Under the pieces are notes generated by a model that was not told the DNA's origin, ran no database searches, and saw nothing but the letters and a program-made list of their open reading frames with translations. 64,000 bases of DNA from an uncultured bacterium. Its GTDB lineage: Bacteria > Acidobacteriota > Thermoanaerobaculia > Multivoradales > JAHZIX01. Positions 1-9,183 of this stretch are shown here, piece after piece. Position 1 is the stretch's first letter. Each line of letters begins with the position of its first letter. A program made the translations under genes and the position numbers. The stretch spans positions 299,051 through 363,050 of the forward strand of contig CBDUPA010000004.1 of the NCBI GenBank assembly GCA_965368975.1, given 5' to 3'.

Positions 1-1263
1 ACAGACCGGTTGCAGATCCAGGTGCTCGACGATTCGACCGACGAGACCCGTGACATCGTCGCGGCATGCGTCGCCCGGCATCGGCAGTGTGGCGTCGACA
101 TCGAGCATCTGCACCGTCGGGATCGCGAGGGCTACAAAGCGGGAGCGCTGGAGGCTGGCCTGGACACAGCCAGCGGTGAGCTGATCGCGGTGTTCGACGC
201 CGACTTCGTGCCGACGTCCGACTTCCTGCAAGTCACGGTGCCGTACTTCCAGGACGCCGAGATCGGTATGGTACAGGCACGCTGGGAGCACCTGAATCGG
301 GAATCGGGTCTGCTGACCCGCGTTCAGGCGATCTTTCTCGACGGCCACTTCCTCATCGAGCACACGGCGCGCAATCGTGAGGGTTGTTTCTTCAACTTCA
401 ACGGTACCGCTGGGATCTGGCGTCGCCGAGCGATCGAAGAGGCCGGCGGCTGGCAGCATGACACGCTGACCGAAGACCTCGACTTGAGCTACCGCGCGCA
501 GCTGGCGGGCTGGCGCTTCCTGTACTTGCCAGATCTTGCGGTGCCGTCGGAGCTTCCCGCGGACATCCGGGGCTTCAAGAGTCAGCAGCACCGCTGGGCC
601 AAAGGCTCGGTGCAGACCGGTCGCAAGTTGGTCTGGCGGGTGCTGCGTGCGTCGCTGCCTTGGCGCGTCAAATCCGAGGCGTTGGTGCACCTGACCAACA
701 ACGGTGCTTATCTGCTGATGTTGTTGCTGTCTTTGTTGGTGTTTCCGGCCATGTACCTGCGCCGGGGACAGTCGCTGGACGTGCTGCTGTGGATCGATCT
801 GCCACTCTTCGTCGCCGCGACGGGTTCGGTTCTTCTCTTCTACATGGTCAGCCAGATGGCGCGCGGAGACGGCTGGGCTCGGCGACTGTGGCAGCTGCCG
901 TCGCTGATGGGAATCGGGATCGGCCTGTCCGTGAACAACTCGCGAGCCGTGGTCGGCGGCTTGTTCCAGCGCGGCGGAGTGTTCCATCGCACGCCCAAGT
1001 ATCGCTTGCAGGACGGTAGCAGCGGCGCTGCATCGGGAGTTGTGCCCAAGGCGCCGGTGCAGTACCGAGCTCGGCGCAACGTGTCGGAGTGGGTCGAAGG
1101 GTTGCTCGCGCTCTATCTCACCGCCTGCTGCGTCGCGGCTATCTACTATCAGATGTGGTTCTCGTTGCCGTTCCTCTTTCTCTTCTGGCAGGGCTACTGC
1201 TACATGTTCGCGCTCTCTCTGCGAGGTGCGAGGCCGGTGTTGCCCGCCCGAGTACCAGCTTAG
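1..1263 (+). CDS. Processive GT2 glycosyltransferase (cellulose synthase-like), 5'-partial
   Basis: Frame open from position 1; YKAGAL, FDADF, TEDLD and QQHRW (QxxRW) motifs; C-terminal TM helices. Confidence 0.9.
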   Translation, partial: TDRLQIQVLDDSTDETRDIVAACVARHRQCGVDIEHLHRRDREGYKAGALEAGLDTASGELIAVFDADFVPTSDFLQVTVPYFQDAEIGMVQARWEHLNRESGLLTRVQAIFLDGHFLIEHTARNREGCFFNFNGTAGIWRRRAIEEAGGWQHDTLTEDLDLSYRAQLAGWRFLYLPDLAVPSELPADIRGFKSQQHRWAKGSVQTGRKLVWRVLRASLPWRVKSEALVHLTNNGAYLLMLLLSLLVFPAMYLRRGQSLDVLLWIDLPLFVAATGSVLLFYMVSQMARGDGWARRLWQLPSLMGIGIGLSVNNSRAVVGGLFQRGGVFHRTPKYRLQDGSSGAASGVVPKAPVQYRARRNVSEWVEGLLALYLTACCVAAIYYQMWFSLPFLFLFWQGYCYMFALSLRGARPVLPARVPA

Positions 1264-1299
1264 TCCCCGCCAGTCCGCTTACAAGAAAGCCAGCCGTGC

Positions 1300-1331
1300 A
1301 CAAGAAAGCCGCCCGAGACCAGGTGGGCGGC
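1300..1331 (-). terminator. Intrinsic terminator for the minus-strand gene ending at 1395
   Basis: Stem GCCGCCC (1308-1314)/GGGCGGC (1325-1331) followed on the minus strand by TTTCTTGT. Confidence 0.55.
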
Positions 1332-1394
1332 GATGAGGAGAGGAGAATCGACCTTCGGAGGGCGTCGGTCAGAAGGTCGGGTCGGAGGATTACG

Positions 1395-2477
1395 TTAGAA
1401 GGTGGGTAACTGTCCAGTGACTCGTTGGGTCTGGGGCTGCGCCCCGGTGTTGCGTACGAACTGGGTGACCGCGCCAGCGATCTCGTCTTGCTCGTAGACG
1501 CACAGATCCTCGGTCATGTCGGTGCTGAAGAGTGTCGCGCGGCGTTCGCCTGCGCCGAACCAGGTGCCGCCGGATTGCCAGCTGTAGTCGGTACAGCCGC
1601 CTTCGACGCTGAACGGTTGAAAGAACGAGGTCTTGCACTGTCCCGCCTGGAAGCCGACGCGGTTGCCGGCGAAGGCTAGGTTCAGTTCACGGCGCGCCGT
1701 CTCAGTCGCCTGTCCGCGCTCGAAGATGAAGCGACCATCCGAGTTACGGGCGTCGCGGATCACCAGGCCATCGCGGAAGATGAAGGCATCGTCGACAAAA
1801 CCGCCGTCGCCGCAGTCGGTGTCTTCCTGCAGTGTGTTGTGCACCACGTAGAGGAACTGGTCATCCGCGCGCTGGATCACTGGTGGCGTTATGGGTGGGG
1901 CGAACAAGCCGCGGACGAAATTCCACGCGGTGTGAGTGATGTCGAGTACTTCGTCGCTGCACCGAGTGCCAAAATTGTCGGTGACGTTAGCGTTTCCGAG
2001 CACCATGTGGTTGCTGCGGTTACCCTTGAGTCCGAACCAGCTGAAGGTGCCCCACTGTCCGATCTCGTCAGACGGCAGATCAATACCCGGGGCGATACTC
2101 GCGAAGACGTCGCAGGCTCCTTCCAAGGTCGCCACGCGAGTCGCCGCGAGTTCTTGGTGGAGGAAGGCCAGCCCACCGGGGCCGAGATCGTGACGGAATA
2201 TCGTCAGGGTGCCGTCCGGAGCTGTGTTGAAGAGGACCACCAAGCCGTCTCGGAACACCGCGGCCAGGGCTTCGCCGGTGCCTTCAGGGTAGGCACGTAC
2301 CTCGTGTAGACGTAGCAGCAGCCGCTCGCCTTGCGGCGCAGCATCGGCGACCGTTGGAGTCACGGCAGGCGTTGGCGCGAGAGACGTGGCGCGAGCGTCG
2401 CTGGTAGGCGTGAGCAGGAGGGTGGTAGTCAGCAGGGCGGTCAGTGACGACAGCAGGCGACGGGTAGACATGGGCAT
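1395..2477 (-). CDS. Secreted protein of unknown function with two internal FRDGL repeats (paralog 1)
   Basis: Signal-peptide-like N-terminus; ATG at 2477 preceded by GAGGA; clear similarity to 2624..3793. Confidence 0.8.
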   Translation of the reverse strand: MPMSTRRLLSSLTALLTTTLLLTPTSDARATSLAPTPAVTPTVADAAPQGERLLLRLHEVRAYPEGTGEALAAVFRDGLVVLFNTAPDGTLTIFRHDLGPGGLAFLHQELAATRVATLEGACDVFASIAPGIDLPSDEIGQWGTFSWFGLKGNRSNHMVLGNANVTDNFGTRCSDEVLDITHTAWNFVRGLFAPPITPPVIQRADDQFLYVVHNTLQEDTDCGDGGFVDDAFIFRDGLVIRDARNSDGRFIFERGQATETARRELNLAFAGNRVGFQAGQCKTSFFQPFSVEGGCTDYSWQSGGTWFGAGERRATLFSTDMTEDLCVYEQDEIAGAVTQFVRNTGAQPQTQRVTGQLPTF

Positions 2478-2549
2478 TGTCCTCAAGCGTTTCAGGGGTT
2501 ATGCAATGGGCATCTGTCATGCAGAGCCTGTTTACTGAGCTTTTGGACT

Positions 2550-2578
2550 ATGTTATTTGGCCATAATGACGGTGTCAA
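2550..2578 (-). promoter_or_regulatory. Sigma70-type promoter of paralog 1
   Basis: TTGACA-17 nt-TAACAT on the minus strand. Confidence 0.65.
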
Positions 2579-2623
2579 GTCTACGTTGGACAATGTGCAG
2601 AGACAGCATGCGGAGAAGGGACC

Positions 2624-3793
2624 TCAGCGGTCGGGCAAGTAGCCGGTGACGTGGTGCGTACGGTCCTGGGCGCCGGTGTTGCGCAGGAGTTGCGTGACGG
2701 CACCGGCGATCTCTTTCTGTTCGAAGGTGCAGCGTCGCACGGACGCTTGTGACCCGTAGAGGGTCGAGCGCCGATTCTTGGCGCCGTACCAGGTGGCGCC
2801 GGACTGCCAGGTGTAGTCGCCGCAACCGCCGCTGACGGTGAAAGGTTGGAAGAACCAGACCTTGCACTCGCCACCCTGGAACCCCACCCGGTTGGTTGTC
2901 AGCGCCGTGTTGAGTTCGCGCAAGGCGGTACCGGTCGCCTGGCCGCGCATCAGGCCGTAGCCGCCGCTGTAGGCCTGCGCGTTGCGGATCACCAGACCAT
3001 CACGGAAGACGAGGTAGTCGTCGATGAAGCCATCGTCGCCACAGACGGGATCTTCCTGGAAGCTGTTCTGCACCAAGTAGAGCACTTCGTCGTCGGCTCG
3101 GTTCAGCTGGGGGGGCGTGACCGGCGGATCGAGGGGACGTTGAATCAGGCCCGAGACTCTCAGGCTCAGCGACGTCAGGTCGTCGCTGCAGATGTTGCCG
3201 AAGTTGTCGGCGACATCGCTATAGCCGAAGCGCAAGTGGTTGCTGCGGCTCCGGTTGCCGAACCAGCTGAGGACACCGCTGCGGCCGGTGGCACCGTGGG
3301 GCAGGTCGAAGGCGGGGGCCAGCGTCCAGGGCAGGTCACAGTCGGCCAGCTGCATGCCGATCTGAACCCGGCGCAGCTCGCGGTGCAGGTCGGCGAGGTC
3401 TGTGGGCCGTGCATGGGCCCGGAAGACGCTGAGCTTGCCGCTCGGCGTCGTGTTGAAGAGCACGGTCAGGCCGTCGCGGAAGACGAACGCGAGCACTTCG
3501 CCGACGCCGTTCGGGTAGGTGACGGTTTCGTGGACGCGCAGCAGGAAGCCTTCGGCTGGATCCGGCTGCTTGTCCTCGTCAGGGTCACCGAAGTCCTTTG
3601 CGCCAGCGCCGGAAAGGTCGTCTTGCCAGCTCTGGGCCGTGGCGGGAGCCACGCCGGTGGCCAGCAGGACCGCGAGCAGCAACAGGCTGGAGACGAAGAT
3701 GTTCGGGCGGTGCGTGAGCATGCGGTGGAGCCTCTCTGCTGGTGAGTCCGCGGAGTGAGTCGTGGTCGTCGAGGAGCGATGGTCCTGTGACAT
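2624..3793 (-). CDS. Secreted protein of unknown function with two internal FRDGL repeats (paralog 2)
   Basis: Hydrophobic signal ending in ATA-Q; same domain pair as 1395..2477; start could be a downstream ATG (3721). Confidence 0.8.
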   Translation of the reverse strand: MSQDHRSSTTTTHSADSPAERLHRMLTHRPNIFVSSLLLLAVLLATGVAPATAQSWQDDLSGAGAKDFGDPDEDKQPDPAEGFLLRVHETVTYPNGVGEVLAFVFRDGLTVLFNTTPSGKLSVFRAHARPTDLADLHRELRRVQIGMQLADCDLPWTLAPAFDLPHGATGRSGVLSWFGNRSRSNHLRFGYSDVADNFGNICSDDLTSLSLRVSGLIQRPLDPPVTPPQLNRADDEVLYLVQNSFQEDPVCGDDGFIDDYLVFRDGLVIRNAQAYSGGYGLMRGQATGTALRELNTALTTNRVGFQGGECKVWFFQPFTVSGGCGDYTWQSGATWYGAKNRRSTLYGSQASVRRCTFEQKEIAGAVTQLLRNTGAQDRTHHVTGYLPDR

Positions 3794-3822
3794 GGAGCCT
3801 GGTGGCTCGAAATTCAGTGTTT

Positions 3823-3851
3823 ATGCTATTAGGGCATGGGCGATGTGTCAA
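3823..3851 (-). promoter_or_regulatory. Sigma70-type promoter of paralog 2
   Basis: TTGACA-17 nt-TAGCAT on the minus strand. Confidence 0.65.
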
Positions 3852-3904
3852 GCGCTCGTGGTCGATACAATCCGCGGCAGGAAGGGCCATTTCGAGGAGG
3901 ATCT

Positions 3905-6457
3905 GTGACCCGAGGCTTCATCTATCAGTCCGGCTACCGCATCGAATACATCCAGGGTGCCAAGCGGCCCATTGTCCAGCTCTTCGGCCGTCTGGAGAGC
4001 GGTGAGACGTTCCTGGTGCGCGACGATCGCGACGTGCCCACCTTCTACGTGCGGTGCCAGGACGAGGAACGGGCACGCCGTCTGGGTGCGTCGCCGCTGG
4101 CCGCCACCGAGCTGCGCACTCTGGGCGACGGCGACGAGGCGCTCCGTGTCGAGGTGCCGGTGCCACCGGAAACACCGCCACTGCGCGACCGCTTGCATGG
4201 CATGGGAATTCCGACCTGGGAGGCCGACGTGCGCTTCGCCATGCGTCATCTCATGCAGCGGGGTCTGCGCGGCAGCGCCGAGATCCACGGCGAGGCGCGG
4301 CCGGGGCCGTTCGCCGCCGAAGGCGGTGCGCAATTGTTGTTCGTCAATCCCGACCTGCGCCCCGCCGAGTGGGCGCCCGAGCCGCGTGTGTTGTCTCTCG
4401 ACATCGAGACCGACCCAGCGCACCGACGTCTGCTCTCGATCGCACTCTATGGTTGCGGCGCCGAAGAAGTTTTACTGTTGACACCGCCCGATCAAGGCTT
4501 CCGCGACACCGTAGCCTGCCCCGAGGGAGCCATTGCCTGCCGCGACGCGCGTGAACTGCTGCAATGTTTCGCCCGGCGGGTACGCGAACTCGACCCGGAC
4601 GTCCTTACCGGCTGGAGTGTCGTCGACTTCGACCTCACTGTGCTCGCCGATGCCGCGCAGCACCTGGGGGTGCCGCTGGAACTGGGACGCGCCCCTGGTG
4701 CTCTGCAGGTGCGTCCCGGCCGCTCGCGCTTCGAGCCGTCGCAGGTACGCCTGCCGGGCCGCGTCGTGCTGGATGGTCCGGCCCTGCTCCGCGGTGCCTT
4801 CATCCGCATGGAGCGTTACTCACTCGACTTCGTGGCGCGCGAGGTGCTGGGAGAAGGGAAAGTCTTCGGAGGACAACACGGCAGCAGTCAAGGGGGTGGC
4901 CGCCAGCACGTCGACGAGATTCTGCGCACCTTCGAGCACGACCGGGAACGCTTCGTCGCCTACAACCTCACCGATGCTCGCCTGGTGATCGACATTCTCG
5001 AGCGTCTCGGTCTGGTGCGCTTGGCCGTCCAGCGTAGCCTGCTGACCGGCATGCCCATGGACCGAGTCTCCAGCTCCGTCGCTGCCTTCGATTTCCTGTA
5101 CATGACGGCTCTACATCGTCGCGGATGGGTGGCACCTTCGGTGCAAGCGCCGTTGCCAGTGCACTCCGGTGCGCAGGAATCACCCTGGACTTCGTCGGAC
5201 GCCGACCCGTCGGAGCAGGAGGCTGACGAGGACTTCGCCGCTATAGATTCCGCGACCGTGCCCCCGGTACCGACGACGACCACCGTCACCACCGGTGGTT
5301 ACGTGCTCGAACCTGAGCCGGGTCTCTACCGCTACGTCCTGGTGCTCGACTTCCAGAGCCTGTATCCGAGCCTGATCCGTACCTTCCAGATCGATCCCGC
5401 GGGTTTCCTGGCGGCTCCGAGTGAACAGGACGATCCTATCGTCGCCCCCAACGGTGCCGCCTTCCGCCGTGGCGAAGGCATCCTGCCTGCCCTGCTCGAC
5501 GACCTGATGCCGCGCCGCCAGGCTGCCAAGCAGGCCGGGGACAAGGTCGCCAGCCAGGCGATCAAGATCTTGATGAACTCGTTCTACGGGGTCCTCGGTA
5601 CTTCCTCCTGCCGCTTCCACAATCCCGCCATCGCCAACGCCATCACGAGCTTCGGCCGCGAGCTGCTGCTGTGGTCCAAGGCGCGGATCGAGGGCTACGG
5701 CTACCGTGTACTCTATGGCGATACCGACAGTCTCTTCGTCGCCACCGGTGTCGAGGAGCCGGACGAGGCGAAGGGAGCCCGCGAAGCTCGCGCCCTCGGT
5801 GCCGACATCGCCGCCCGTCTGACCGCCGACTTGGCCGAGCACATCCAGGTGACTTGGGGTGTGGAGAGCCGGTTGCAGATGGAGTTCGAGCACCTCTACC
5901 TGCGCCTGCTGCTGCCCTCCATGCGCGGGTCCAGCGCTGGCGCCCGCAAGCGCTATGCTGGACTGGTGCAGGACGACGCCTCTGAGATCGGCGAGCCACA
6001 GGTCGTGTTCACCGGTATGGAAGTCGTGCGTCGCGACTGGACGGACCTGGCGCGCGGGGTGCAACGCCAACTCTACGAGCGCCTGTTCCATGATCGCCCC
6101 GTGGACGACTACCTGGCCCGTGTGGTCGAGGAGCTGCGGGCCGGCGAGCACGACGCCGAGCTGATCTACCGCAAGTCGTTGCGTAAGGATCTGAGCGAGT
6201 ACGCTGCCTCCAGCCCGCAGGTCGTCGCCGCCCGCAAGCTGCGTCGTAAGCCGGGTCGTCGCATCGCCTACGTCATCACCAAGCGTGGCCCTGAACCCGT
6301 CGACGAGCAGGGGCCGAAGCTGGATATTCCTGGTGACCTCGACCACGAGCACTACGTCGAGAAGCAGATTCGGCCTGTCGCCGAGCCGGTGCTCGAACAG
6401 TTGGGGCTGGACTTCGCCAAGGTCATCGGCGACGATCGGCAGCTGGAACTCTTCTAG
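3905..6457 (+). CDS. polB: DNA polymerase II (family B)
   Basis: Exo motifs LDIET, GWSVVDFD, YNLTD; polymerase motifs DFQSLYPS, KILMNSFYG, YGDTDS; C-terminal clamp-binding-like QLELF; GTG 3905 after GAGGAGG. Confidence 0.93.
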   Translation: MTRGFIYQSGYRIEYIQGAKRPIVQLFGRLESGETFLVRDDRDVPTFYVRCQDEERARRLGASPLAATELRTLGDGDEALRVEVPVPPETPPLRDRLHGMGIPTWEADVRFAMRHLMQRGLRGSAEIHGEARPGPFAAEGGAQLLFVNPDLRPAEWAPEPRVLSLDIETDPAHRRLLSIALYGCGAEEVLLLTPPDQGFRDTVACPEGAIACRDARELLQCFARRVRELDPDVLTGWSVVDFDLTVLADAAQHLGVPLELGRAPGALQVRPGRSRFEPSQVRLPGRVVLDGPALLRGAFIRMERYSLDFVAREVLGEGKVFGGQHGSSQGGGRQHVDEILRTFEHDRERFVAYNLTDARLVIDILERLGLVRLAVQRSLLTGMPMDRVSSSVAAFDFLYMTALHRRGWVAPSVQAPLPVHSGAQESPWTSSDADPSEQEADEDFAAIDSATVPPVPTTTTVTTGGYVLEPEPGLYRYVLVLDFQSLYPSLIRTFQIDPAGFLAAPSEQDDPIVAPNGAAFRRGEGILPALLDDLMPRRQAAKQAGDKVASQAIKILMNSFYGVLGTSSCRFHNPAIANAITSFGRELLLWSKARIEGYGYRVLYGDTDSLFVATGVEEPDEAKGAREARALGADIAARLTADLAEHIQVTWGVESRLQMEFEHLYLRLLLPSMRGSSAGARKRYAGLVQDDASEIGEPQVVFTGMEVVRRDWTDLARGVQRQLYERLFHDRPVDDYLARVVEELRAGEHDAELIYRKSLRKDLSEYAASSPQVVAARKLRRKPGRRIAYVITKRGPEPVDEQGPKLDIPGDLDHEHYVEKQIRPVAEPVLEQLGLDFAKVIGDDRQLELF

Positions 6458-6487
6458 CTGCCCGCCCATAGCGCCCGACCCAGAGAT

Positions 6488-7351
6488 ATGCCCGGCACCC
6501 TCTACCTCGTCGCCACGCCGATCGGCAACCCCGCCGACCTGAGCCCGCGTGCTCGCTCGATTCTCGACAGCGTCCACGTGATCGCCGCTGAGGACACCCG
6601 CATCGCGCGCACGCTCTTCCAACGCACCGGCCTCTCTGCAGCGGGCCAGGGGCGGGGTGAGCGTTCCTTGTTGAGCTACCACGATCACAACGAAGAAGGC
6701 CGCACGCCGCAGCTGCTAGAGCGCTTGGAGAACGGCGACGATATTGCCCTGATTTCGGATGCCGGCACCCCGCTGGTCAGTGACCCAGGCTTCACCCTGC
6801 TACGCGCCGCTTTGGATGCCGGGATCTCTGTCGTTCCCATCCCCGGTCCCTGCGCTGCCGTCACCGCACTCTCCGTCGCTGGCTTGCCGCCGGACCGCTT
6901 TGCTGTCCTCGGCTTCCCACCGCGCAAGGGCGGCAATCGTCGAGCCTGGTTCGACGAGCTGAAGCAGCTGCCTCTCACGCTCGTCTTCTACGAGTCCCCG
7001 CACCGTATCGTGGGAACCTTGGAAGATGCGCTACAGGTCCTCGGCGACCGGCCAGCCGCGCTCGCGCGCAGTCTGACCAAGGATGACGAGGAGGTTCTGC
7101 GTGGCTCGTTGAGCGAGTTGATCGCGCGGTTGCGGCAGCGATTGGAGACGCAGGAGCGTATCTACGGTGAACTCACCGTCGTGGTGTCTGGCGGTGAGAA
7201 GGTGCCGGCCTCGCAGGAGGCGGTGGATCGGGCGATCCGGCGCTTGTTGGCAGAAGGGCTGAGCGTCAAGCAAGTGCGCGACGTCGTCGCGGACCTGTAC
7301 GAGTTACCGCGGCGCGAGGTGTATCAGCGAGTGTTGGAACTGCGGGACTGA
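6488..7351 (+). CDS. rsmI: 16S rRNA (C1402-2'-O)-methyltransferase
   Basis: LYLVATPIGN, AEDTR, SDAGTPLVSDPG, FYESPHR motifs. Confidence 0.95.
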   Translation: MPGTLYLVATPIGNPADLSPRARSILDSVHVIAAEDTRIARTLFQRTGLSAAGQGRGERSLLSYHDHNEEGRTPQLLERLENGDDIALISDAGTPLVSDPGFTLLRAALDAGISVVPIPGPCAAVTALSVAGLPPDRFAVLGFPPRKGGNRRAWFDELKQLPLTLVFYESPHRIVGTLEDALQVLGDRPAALARSLTKDDEEVLRGSLSELIARLRQRLETQERIYGELTVVVSGGEKVPASQEAVDRAIRRLLAEGLSVKQVRDVVADLYELPRREVYQRVLELRD

Positions 7352-7481
7352 ACCGCGACGGCTGCTGGGTCTTCGAACCCGTTTGACAGGATGCTGATCC
7401 AGTTGCGGGAAGAGGTCGGTCGGGACTGCTGAATCCTCTGTCTGTGCTGTGAAAGGTCGACAACTGGCAAGGGAGATGGCT

Positions 7482-7512
7482 CGCGGCCTACGCCGACGAA
7501 GCGTAGGCCGCG
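7482..7512. terminator. 12-bp hairpin between convergent rsmI and precursor genes
   Basis: CGCGGCCTACGC-7 nt-GCGTAGGCCGCG perfect inverted repeat about 25 nt past the precursor A stop; no clear U-tract. Confidence 0.5.
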
Positions 7513-7536
7513 CATCCCCGTAGGGAGGGCGAACTG

Positions 7537-7716
7537 TCAGTAGACTGTGCAGGTCAGGCACAGAGAAATGTTGGTTCTCGGACAGCCTTGGCTGGTTGTG
7601 CAGGCTTCGGTGACGATGCCTCCACGGGCGACCTCGAGTTCGGTCGCATCGAAGTTCTGCAGAGCCGTGATAGTGGTCTTCTTCAGCTGCAGCCTACGGG
7701 TGATTCTCTTCTTCAT
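7537..7716 (-). CDS. RiPP (class I lanthipeptide-like) precursor peptide A, 59 aa
   Basis: MKKRITRRLQLKKTTITALQNFDATELEVARGG-IVTEACTTSQGCPRTNISLCLTCTVY; AGAGGAG RBS before ATG 7716; LxLxKx5L leader motif; Cys/Ser/Thr-rich core. Confidence 0.8.
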   Translation of the reverse strand: MKKRITRRLQLKKTTITALQNFDATELEVARGGIVTEACTTSQGCPRTNISLCLTCTVY

Positions 7717-7825
7717 CGGTGTCTCCTCTCTGGTTCGGATGGGCTGAACTTCAACTCGGGGATCTACCGAGTGATCGCTCGGTGTGTAGGAGCGGCAAAT
7801 GTCTGTTGAATATTTCTGGGGGAAG

Positions 7826-7993
7826 CTACTGAGCGTGGCACAGGATCTCGCCAATGGAGTTCCCGGTGCCACACTCCATGCCGGCGCAGTTGGTGACAGA
7901 GCAGTTGTTCGTGAAGGCACCGCCGCGGGCTAGTTGGAGCATTTTGAGGGTGTCTTTCTTCAGTTGTAGCTTGGTAAACGCTCTCTTCTTCAT
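7826..7993 (-). CDS. RiPP (class I lanthipeptide-like) precursor peptide B, 55 aa; not in ORF track
   Basis: Hand translation MKKRAFTKLQLKKDTLKMLQLARGG-AFTNNCSVTNCAGMECGTGNSIGEILCHAQ*; GAGGAGGAG RBS; leader homologous to peptide A. Confidence 0.8.
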   Translation of the reverse strand: MKKRAFTKLQLKKDTLKMLQLARGGAFTNNCSVTNCAGMECGTGNSIGEILCHAQ

Positions 7994-8098
7994 CAGGGCT
8001 CCTCCTCAGGATGGATGAGTTTTCAGTAGAGAATGCAGCATCGCTCAAGGATATATCGATGCCTTGGTTTAATGCCGCAATGGCGATGAGAAGGCAGT

Positions 8099-9145
8099 TT
8101 AGCATGTAGGAGTGCTTTTCCGCACTCGGCAGACGAAGAAGCCCTCCATTGCCGCTCCTGGCAGGAGTCGCAGTGCCCGTCGTAGGCGTGGATCGAAGAT
8201 CTGGCCGTCCCAGCTGCTCAGGCCGCTAGCGACTGAATCCGGTGACGTAGCCGCGACATCGACCGGCACCTCCTCGACGTCCGCTTCAGGACGATGACGC
8301 AGTAGCCGATCCACCGGAGCTTCGTTCTCCTCCGGCGCGAAGGTGCACGTCGAATACACGAGCACCCCACCTGGCTTCAGCAGGTCGAACGCGACGGTGA
8401 GCATCTTGCTCTGGAGACGCGCATTCTTGGTAATGCGGGGAAGGGACCAGAAGCGCAGGCCCTGCGGATGCCCCAGATCGATGTGGCCTTCGCCGCTGCA
8501 CTGGGCGTCGAGCAGAATTCGATCGAAGCCCAATGCCGGTAGTTCTGCGGGATCGAGGTACTTGTCGAGGTATTGCCCCGGATGCTCGGTGATGGTGGCG
8601 CAAGTGACGTTGAGCAGTTCTAAGACCTCACGCAATTTTTGTGCGCGTGGTTTGATGGCATCGTTGGCCCAGATCTGGCAGTCGTTCTCGACGATGGCTG
8701 CCAGATGCGCCGTCTTGCCACCGGGAGCGGCACAGACGTCCAGGATAGTGTCGCCGGGTACGGGTGCGAGTGCGAGTGCAGGGACAAGGCTGGAGGCGAC
8801 CTGCAGGTAAATCTCGCCCTGTTCGAAGAGGCTGGATCCCGACAGTGCCCGCTTGTCGCCGTGCAACTGATAGGCATCTGGGCACCAAGGAATGGGCGTG
8901 AGTTCGACATCGTTCTGTCGAGCCAAGTGCTGCAGGTCGTCGACGATCTCTGCCGTGGGTCGAGCCGCCAGCCGGTTGATGCGCACACTGCGCCCCGGTG
9001 GTTTGGACAGGCGTGCCTCGCTCTCGCCTTGTGGCAAGCCGAGGATCTGGCTCAGGCGGTCGAGAAACAGGCGGCGAGGATCACTGGCTTTGGTGCCGCG
9101 TGTAGGTCGGCGAGACCTGCTGCGAGAGGAACGGGATGAAGCCAT
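8099..9145 (-). CDS. RsmB/RsmF (NOL1/NOP2/Sun) family RNA m5C methyltransferase
   Basis: LDVCAAPGGKT, FDRILLDAQCSGEG, LVYSTCTFAPEENE motifs. Confidence 0.9.
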   Translation of the reverse strand: MASSRSSRSRSRRPTRGTKASDPRRLFLDRLSQILGLPQGESEARLSKPPGRSVRINRLAARPTAEIVDDLQHLARQNDVELTPIPWCPDAYQLHGDKRALSGSSLFEQGEIYLQVASSLVPALALAPVPGDTILDVCAAPGGKTAHLAAIVENDCQIWANDAIKPRAQKLREVLELLNVTCATITEHPGQYLDKYLDPAELPALGFDRILLDAQCSGEGHIDLGHPQGLRFWSLPRITKNARLQSKMLTVAFDLLKPGGVLVYSTCTFAPEENEAPVDRLLRHRPEADVEEVPVDVAATSPDSVASGLSSWDGQIFDPRLRRALRLLPGAAMEGFFVCRVRKSTPTC

Positions 9146-9183
9146 GACGGGGTCATCTTAAACCGCCACCATGGGACTGAGCC

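Noticed and set aside
5150-5295. Low-complexity acidic/Thr-rich insertion in PolB considered as an intein
   Set aside because: Only about 45 aa, with no Cys/Ser start or His-Asn end; looks like a flexible linker before motif A
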